In this document: positions 57,164-64,000 of the stretch, piece by piece
How positions within the stretch are numbered: the first letter of the stretch is position 1
Layout: every line of letters starts with the position of its first letter
Translations under genes and position numbers: made by a program
Source: an uncultured delta proteobacterium
GTDB taxonomy: Bacteria > Myxococcota_A > Polyangia > Fen-1088
Assembly (NCBI GenBank): GCA_963824555.1
Contig: CAWGPW010000010.1
Coordinates: 5,551 to 69,550 of the forward strand
DNA length: 64,000 bases
Direction: 5' to 3'
Notes under the pieces: generated by a model
What the model was told of the DNA's origin: nothing
Databases searched by the model: none
What the model saw: only the letters and a program-made list of their open reading frames with translations

Positions 57164-58304
57164 CTAGCTCTCGGATAGCGTCGTCAGCGTCATGGTCTGG
57201 TTGTGCAGCTCGCAACGGCCATTGGCATAGGGTGAGAGCTTCTCCGTAGGAATAGAAGCCGACCACGTGGGTGTTCACGGGCAAGACCTCGGCTACCGCT
57301 TCGACCTCGTCCTCGGCTCTGTCGGCCAGCACCAAGCGTCGGCCGACGCAGCTGATGGCGATGGCCAGGGTGTGGCCATCGTGCGCGTGGCTCTTCTTCG
57401 CCAGTTGTGCCGCCTCCATGGCCCCATCCACCAGGCGGTCGAAGTTCGCCCGCATGAATTGGATCAAGCTGCCTTGAGGAATATCTCCGGCAAAGGTCAT
57501 CGAGCCGGCCTTCTCGTCGATCGACAAGATGGTCCGCACGAGCCGTGCGGTCTCTTCCCTTCCGCGGCGAAGACTCAAGGGAAAGAGCAGTGCATTCGCC
57601 GGCAAGCCAGTCGCCAGATCGCCGAGGTAGCGCTTGTACAGGTCCAGGGCCGGGTGGCCGTCGATCTCGAAGAGGACGTTGCCGAGCGAGCGCGTGACGA
57701 GACGTTCGGGACCGAAGATGTCCCATCCCCCCTTCGAGCCGTGGCCGATAGCGACACGGTCGCCGTAAAACCCGACAGCGGACACCCGGCCGCTCGCGAC
57801 TTTTCCGTGGTCGAGCACCCAGGTCTTCTGGAATCGATCTCCGTCGCCCGCGAGCCCACCCGTTGCAACCACGTTCGCGGGCAAGACGCTGTTCAGTCCG
57901 CGGACCAGCTCACTTCCGTTGACGTTGGTTCCATCCGAAAGCACCAGCAGGCCCTTGAGATCCGCAGCCGCCAGCTCTTGCGCGATCCGTGCCCCGACTG
58001 AGAAGGAATCCGCGGCGGTTGCGATGGGTGCGCAAACCGAGCGAAGCGGTGTATGGCCGAAGCGGCACACGGCCACGGCAAGAGAATCGTCGGAGATGGT
58101 GGTGCCAAGGATCTCACCAGCCGTGGAACAACCCAAAATGTGCGCGCGTGGATAGGCCGCGCACAGCGCCTCCAGGGGACGGTTGCCTTCGATTTCCTTG
58201 GCACTCCCGAAAACCAGCACCAAGGTTCTATCCGAGTCCATCTCCGGAAAGCTGGGCAAGGACCAGCCGCGACCGGAGTCATAGTGAATCGTCTCGATTC
58301 GCAT
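57164..58304 (-). CDS. FIST (NosP-like) signal-transduction protein; apparent +1 frameshift near 57240
   Basis: GCSTAGEI, GGLAGDG, GGWDIFG, AISCVGRR, GFYSYGE. The canonical end LSPYANGRCELHNQTMTLTTLSES* is in the adjacent frame. Confidence 0.88.
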
Positions 58305-58401
58305 CGCTACTCCCTGGGAGAGTATCGGCGGGCCGGGCCAATCCTTTACCGTGGGCGAGCCAGCAGCGAGCGCAGCCCGTCGTAGTCGAAGGACTCGGCC
58401 T

Positions 58402-60027
<1,626 letters not shown>

Positions 60028-60263
60028 CGCTGGTTCCTTCCGCTCAAGGCACAACCTCCTGGCTCTCTCTCGGTTTGTTCATTGCCTAGCCCCCATGCCT
60101 ATTTCGGCAGTGGCCGGCGAAAAGTGGAGCGGCCTTATCGGAATAGAGAAAGTCAAGTCTGGCGCCGCTCTGCCGATACCTTCCGCATGGCCGAACGTCG
60201 AAGGCAAACCGGGACAGGCAATCGGACGGGCGGCTCGTCAAGCGCGAGGGGCCTGGATAGGTC

Positions 60264-61464
60264 ATGCCGGAGACAGCGAAAGCGTTGAAGCGAATCCTGT
60301 TCGTGGACGACGATGCCAACGTCCTGACCGGCCTTCGCAACGTGCTGCGGACGAAGCGCCATGAGTGGGACATGGTGTTCGCCATCGGCCCCGAGGAAGC
60401 GCTGGCCAATCTTTCCAAGAGCTCGTTCGATGTCGTGGTGAGCGACATGCGCATGCCTCGCATGGATGGAGCGACCCTGCTTGCCAAGGTCAAGGAGATG
60501 CAGCCGTGGGCGGTGCGCATGATTCTTTCGGGGCAGACCGAGCTCGAAAGCGCGATGAAGTCGGTCTTCGTCGCCCACACGTTCCTTTCCAAGCCTTGCG
60601 ACCCGGCTCTGCTGCAAAGCGTGGTGGATCGGGCGTGCCGCTTGAGCTCCATCCTGCGCAGCGACGAGCTTCGCGCAACGGCGGGCAAGGTTCAAATGCT
60701 GCCTACCGCGCCCAAGACCTACGTTGCGCTCAATGGGGCCTTGGCCGTGCCGACCTGTAGCGTTGCCAGCATCGTCCAAATCATCGAACGCGACATTGGC
60801 CTGAGCGCCAAGCTTCTTCAGCTCGTGAATTCGGCCTTCTTCGGCCTGCCCAAGAGAATCTGCTCCCTGGGCGACACCGTCACCTACCTTGGATTCGCGA
60901 CCATCAAGAACCTCGCGTTGGCGCTCGAGACCTTTTCGACCGCCGCCAACACCTCCGGCCTCTCGGAGGCACAGCTGATGGCGCTTCAAGATCACTCGCT
61001 TCTTACCGGACAGATTGCCCAGCAAATCCAGGCGAACGTGGCGAAGAAGGTGGAGGGCGCATTTCTGGCCGGGGTGCTTCACGAGGTCGGAAGCTTGTTG
61101 AACGTAAAGCAGGAGCCCGACCTGCCGGTCGAGCGTGAGCTGCTGGGTGCCTATCTACTTGGACTTTGGGGCTTGCCCCACGCCATCATGGAAGCCGTCG
61201 CCTACCACAAGAAGCCCCACGTGGTCGCCCACTCCACGTTCGACTTGGTGGACATCATCTACGTCGCCGACCACCTCGCGACCGAATCGCAAGGCGGCGG
61301 ATCCGATGCGCGGAGGCTGGATTCTCGACTACCTCGCCGGCCTCGGCATCGACGAACCCCAGGTGGCAGCCATGCGCGTAATGGCGGAAAAGACCACGCA
61401 CCGCCCCATCGCAGATTCGGATCAGATGACAACGAGCGAAGCGGAGAGGATTGGACATGACTGA
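60264..61464 (+). CDS. Response regulator with REC and HDOD domains; apparent +1 frameshift near 61322
   Basis: ILFVDDD, SDMRMPRMDG, KPC; HDOD motifs AKLLQLVNSAFFG, AGVLHEVG, LWGLP. The plausible C-terminus LDYLAGLGI... is in the adjacent frame and ends at 61464. Confidence 0.88.
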
Positions 61465-62593
61465 GCAACCCCACATTCTGTGCGTCGACGACGAACCCAA
61501 AGTGCTGGAAGGACTGGTTCTCAATCTGCGGCGACACTATCGGGTCTCGACGGCGAACAATGGACAAGGCGGACTGGTGATTGTCGACGGAAACGATCCG
61601 CCGGCCGTGGTGGTCTCGGACATGCGCATGCCCGAGATGGATGGAGCGGCCTTCTTGAGCCAGGTCAAGGAGCGCTCGCCGGATACCGTCCGCCTCTTGC
61701 TGACCGGACAGGCCGACCTCGAATCGGCGATTGCGGCGGTCAACCACGGGCAAGTTTTTCGCTTCCTGACCAAACCCTGCGCTCCCCCAACCTTCCTCAC
61801 GGCCATCGAGGCCGCGGTCGCCCAACATCGTCTCATCACGGCCGAAAGGGAGCTGCTGGAGAAGACGCTGCGGGGAAGCATCAAGGCTCTCACCGAGATT
61901 CTGTCTCTCGCCAATCCGCTCATCTTCGGGCGGGCGACGCGACTCAAACAGCACGCCTCCGAATTGTTGGCGGGACTGGGCGTGCCGTTTTCCTGGCAGC
62001 TCGAGGTGGCGGTCATGCTGTCCCAAATCGGCTGCATTGTCCTTACCCCCGCGAACAACGAGAAGTTGTATTACGGCAGACCCCTCAGTCCCGTGGAAAC
62101 CGAGTCGACCCAGTGCGTGTCGAAGATCTCGCTCCAGTTGTTGGAAAGCATCCCTCGGCTCGAGTTGGTCTGCGCCATTCTGGATGCGCAGGAATACAAC
62201 TTCGATGGCCAGGGCTCGCCGCCCGGTGCGCCCAAGGGCGAGTCCATTCCCTTGGGAGCGCGGGTGCTCAAGCTGGTGAGCGACTATGATTTTCTCGAAG
62301 CGGGCGGGTCGTCACCCGGCGTGGCCATCAGCACGCTGCAAGCCCGCAAGGGCAAGCACGATCCGAAACTGCTCGTCGTCCTCGGTCGTGTCAAGAGCAA
62401 GGCCGCCCCGGGCGTGGGCGAGATCAAGCTGGAGGCCCTTCGCGCGGGAATGCTTCTAGTCCAGGACGTTATGTCGACGACGGGCTCCCTGTTGGTTCCT
62501 CGTGGCCACGAGGTAACGGAGGCCATCTTGACCCGTCTTCGTGGTCTGGAGCCAGGCAGCGTGCGGGAGCCCCTGTCGGTTCTTGGCGCCTGA
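61457..62593 (+). CDS. Response regulator with REC and degenerate HD-GYP-like domain
   Basis: ILCVDDE, SDMRMPEMDG, FLTKPC; SQIG in place of HDIG, FDGQGSP, IPLGARVL. Confidence 0.85.
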   Translation: MTEQPHILCVDDEPKVLEGLVLNLRRHYRVSTANNGQGGLVIVDGNDPPAVVVSDMRMPEMDGAAFLSQVKERSPDTVRLLLTGQADLESAIAAVNHGQVFRFLTKPCAPPTFLTAIEAAVAQHRLITAERELLEKTLRGSIKALTEILSLANPLIFGRATRLKQHASELLAGLGVPFSWQLEVAVMLSQIGCIVLTPANNEKLYYGRPLSPVETESTQCVSKISLQLLESIPRLELVCAILDAQEYNFDGQGSPPGAPKGESIPLGARVLKLVSDYDFLEAGGSSPGVAISTLQARKGKHDPKLLVVLGRVKSKAAPGVGEIKLEALRAGMLLVQDVMSTTGSLLVPRGHEVTEAILTRLRGLEPGSVREPLSVLGA

Positions 62594-62695
62594 GCTTCTG
62601 AGGTCTTGCGCGGCGGGCGTCCTGGCCCGATCACTCTTGCCGGGCGTCTTGCCGGTAGATTGGGGGTCGAGTCGGGCGCATACTTGAGCCCAGCC

Positions 62696-63148
62696 GTGGA
62701 TTTCTTTCAGGAGCTGAAGGATCTCACCGTCGCCCTCGACGCGGGTGAGGTGGACTATGCCTTGTGCGGCGGCGTGGCCCTGGCTATCCACGGAGTGCCG
62801 CGCGCGACCCAGGACATCGATCTCCTGGTTCGTCCGGAAGATCTGTCGCGCCTTCGGGAGGTGGCTCGCACGTGTGGCTTCGTCCTCGAATCCTTTCCCA
62901 TGGACTTTGCGAGCGGCATCACCATCCAGCGATTCACCAAGCTCATTGATGACCACCCACTCATGCTCGACGCACTGCTGGTCGCGGGTCCCCTCGATCG
63001 CGCATGGGAAGGGCGACAGAGCGCCGAAATAGAGGGTGGGCGCGTGCGCGTGGTTTCGCGCGAAAGCCTCATCGCGCTCAAACTGGCCGCAGGATGACCG
63101 CAGGACCTGGTGGATGTGCAGCGGTTGCAAGAGGTTCATCGTGGTTGA
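62696..63148 (+). pseudogene. Nucleotidyltransferase (AbiEii-like) with in-frame TGA at 63095
   Basis: YALCGGVALAIHGVPRATQDIDLLV...LIALKLAAG*PQDLVDVQRL; the stop sits where GR(P)QD is expected. Confidence 0.75.
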
Positions 63149-63335
63149 CATGAGCCGTGGCGCCGTCAGTGCGCGCTTGCGAACTGTTGCTCGCCTGCTC
63201 GAAGAGCGCGGCATTACGAGCAAGGGCGTCGACATGTCCCGTGCCGCTGTCACGCGTCGTCTGCGCAGCATGGCGGCCCTCTCCACCATGTGTTTGCGCT
63301 TGGGTAAGGCGACCATCGCCAGTCAAGGTCGGTAG
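63141..63335 (+). CDS. Small protein with duplicated VDMSRxAVxxRLR motif; possible partner or antitoxin
   Basis: Overlaps the reconstructed NTase stop; VDMSRGAVSARLR and VDMSRAAVTRRLR. Confidence 0.6.
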   Translation: MVDMSRGAVSARLRTVARLLEERGITSKGVDMSRAAVTRRLRSMAALSTMCLRLGKATIASQGR

Positions 63336-63542
63336 GGTCGTGTAGCGACTGCCCCTGGGGCACGAGCGCGGCGACGAGGATGGTCGAGACCCGCTGGCTG
63401 CGCTCGACGTTTGACCACGCGTCGCTTTCGGGAGGTCGCTGGCTCCGCCGTATCCACGAGGGCACCCCCGACGCGTGAGCCTCGCCACACGACTTCGCGG
63501 TCCGATGCTCCGTGGGCTGGCTCCTGGGTGTAGGATTCAATC

Positions 63543-64000
63543 ATGCGAATCCACGGACTATGTCTACTCCCTATCCTCGCCGGTTTGGCCTGCGGCGGCT
63601 CCGACACTCCGTCTGGGCAGGAAGATGGTGGCTCGAATGCTTCACCCGATGCCGGAGTCGACGTGGCCGGTTCTGTCGTGCTGGCTGGTTGCGATCCGTT
63701 TGCGGCCAAGCCCCTGCCCATCGCCCTCGGAACCATCATCGCGGCCGGACAGAATTCGGCCGGTGTCATCTACGCCGTGGACCAAGTCGATAGCGGCCAG
63801 CGGGTTTTCGTCTCCGACGCAAGCGGGACCTTGGTTCGCCAGCGCATTGCCGGTAGCGGTTCGGGATCGGACTTCTACGTGTTCGACATAAGCGACTACG
63901 ATCCGGCCTTCGTGCTTCAGATCGACATCCCCGCCGGCGGCACCATGCGCATGGGCGTTTTCAACGGGACGCTGACGGACAGCAAGACCTTTATCATCGG
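63543..64000 (+). CDS. Hypothetical lipoprotein, runs off the 3' end of the window
   Basis: MRIHGLCLLPILAGLAC lipobox; no stop seen before the window end; absent from the ORF track. Confidence 0.65.
   Translation, partial: MRIHGLCLLPILAGLACGGSDTPSGQEDGGSNASPDAGVDVAGSVVLAGCDPFAAKPLPIALGTIIAAGQNSAGVIYAVDQVDSGQRVFVSDASGTLVRQRIAGSGSGSDFYVFDISDYDPAFVLQIDIPAGGTMRMGVFNGTLTDSKTFII

Noticed and set aside
55779-58304. 841-aa FIST-PAS-histidine kinase fusion in the ORF track
   Set aside because: The canonical FIST end (CELHNQTMT...*) is in the adjacent frame and the kinase has its own ATG at 57161; one extra base explains the fusion.
63095-63097. In-frame TGA as selenocysteine recoding
   Set aside because: The position corresponds to a conserved Arg, not Cys, and I could not support a SECIS element.

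Overview
GC-rich bacterial DNA that looks myxobacterial: Gly/Ser-stalked lipoproteins, MYXO-CTERM-like tails, a DUF1592/DUF1552 pair, a fibro-slime protein, Ser/Thr kinases and an FHA-sigma54 activator. The first 18 kb and 43-51 kb hold surface-anchored polysaccharide-degrading enzymes (GH141-like x2, GH2, GH54 x2, GH44, CE1-like esterase, GH8, GH28-like, GH30_8), with two transposase remnants among them. The most striking locus is a minus-strand cluster at 20.6-30.8 kb. In transcription order it encodes a JAMM/JAB protease, a ThiS/MoaD sulfur carrier with a C-terminal extension after Gly-Gly, a Ser/Thr kinase-ATPase-TPR protein, a tandem NIPSNAP-like protein, an unknown protein with two internal repeats, YcaO, TfuA and an FHA-sigma54 activator. 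I infer a kinase-regulated peptide or protein thioamidation system with an unidentified substrate. The rest includes a GT41 OGT-like protein, transaldolase, two paralogous ECF sigma/anti-sigma cassettes, a 169-bp MITE-like hairpin element, a FIST/PAS-kinase/HDOD signalling cluster and a nucleotidyltransferase with a small partner. Four single-base frameshifts look like assembly errors. All family calls come from motif recognition by eye; no searches were run.
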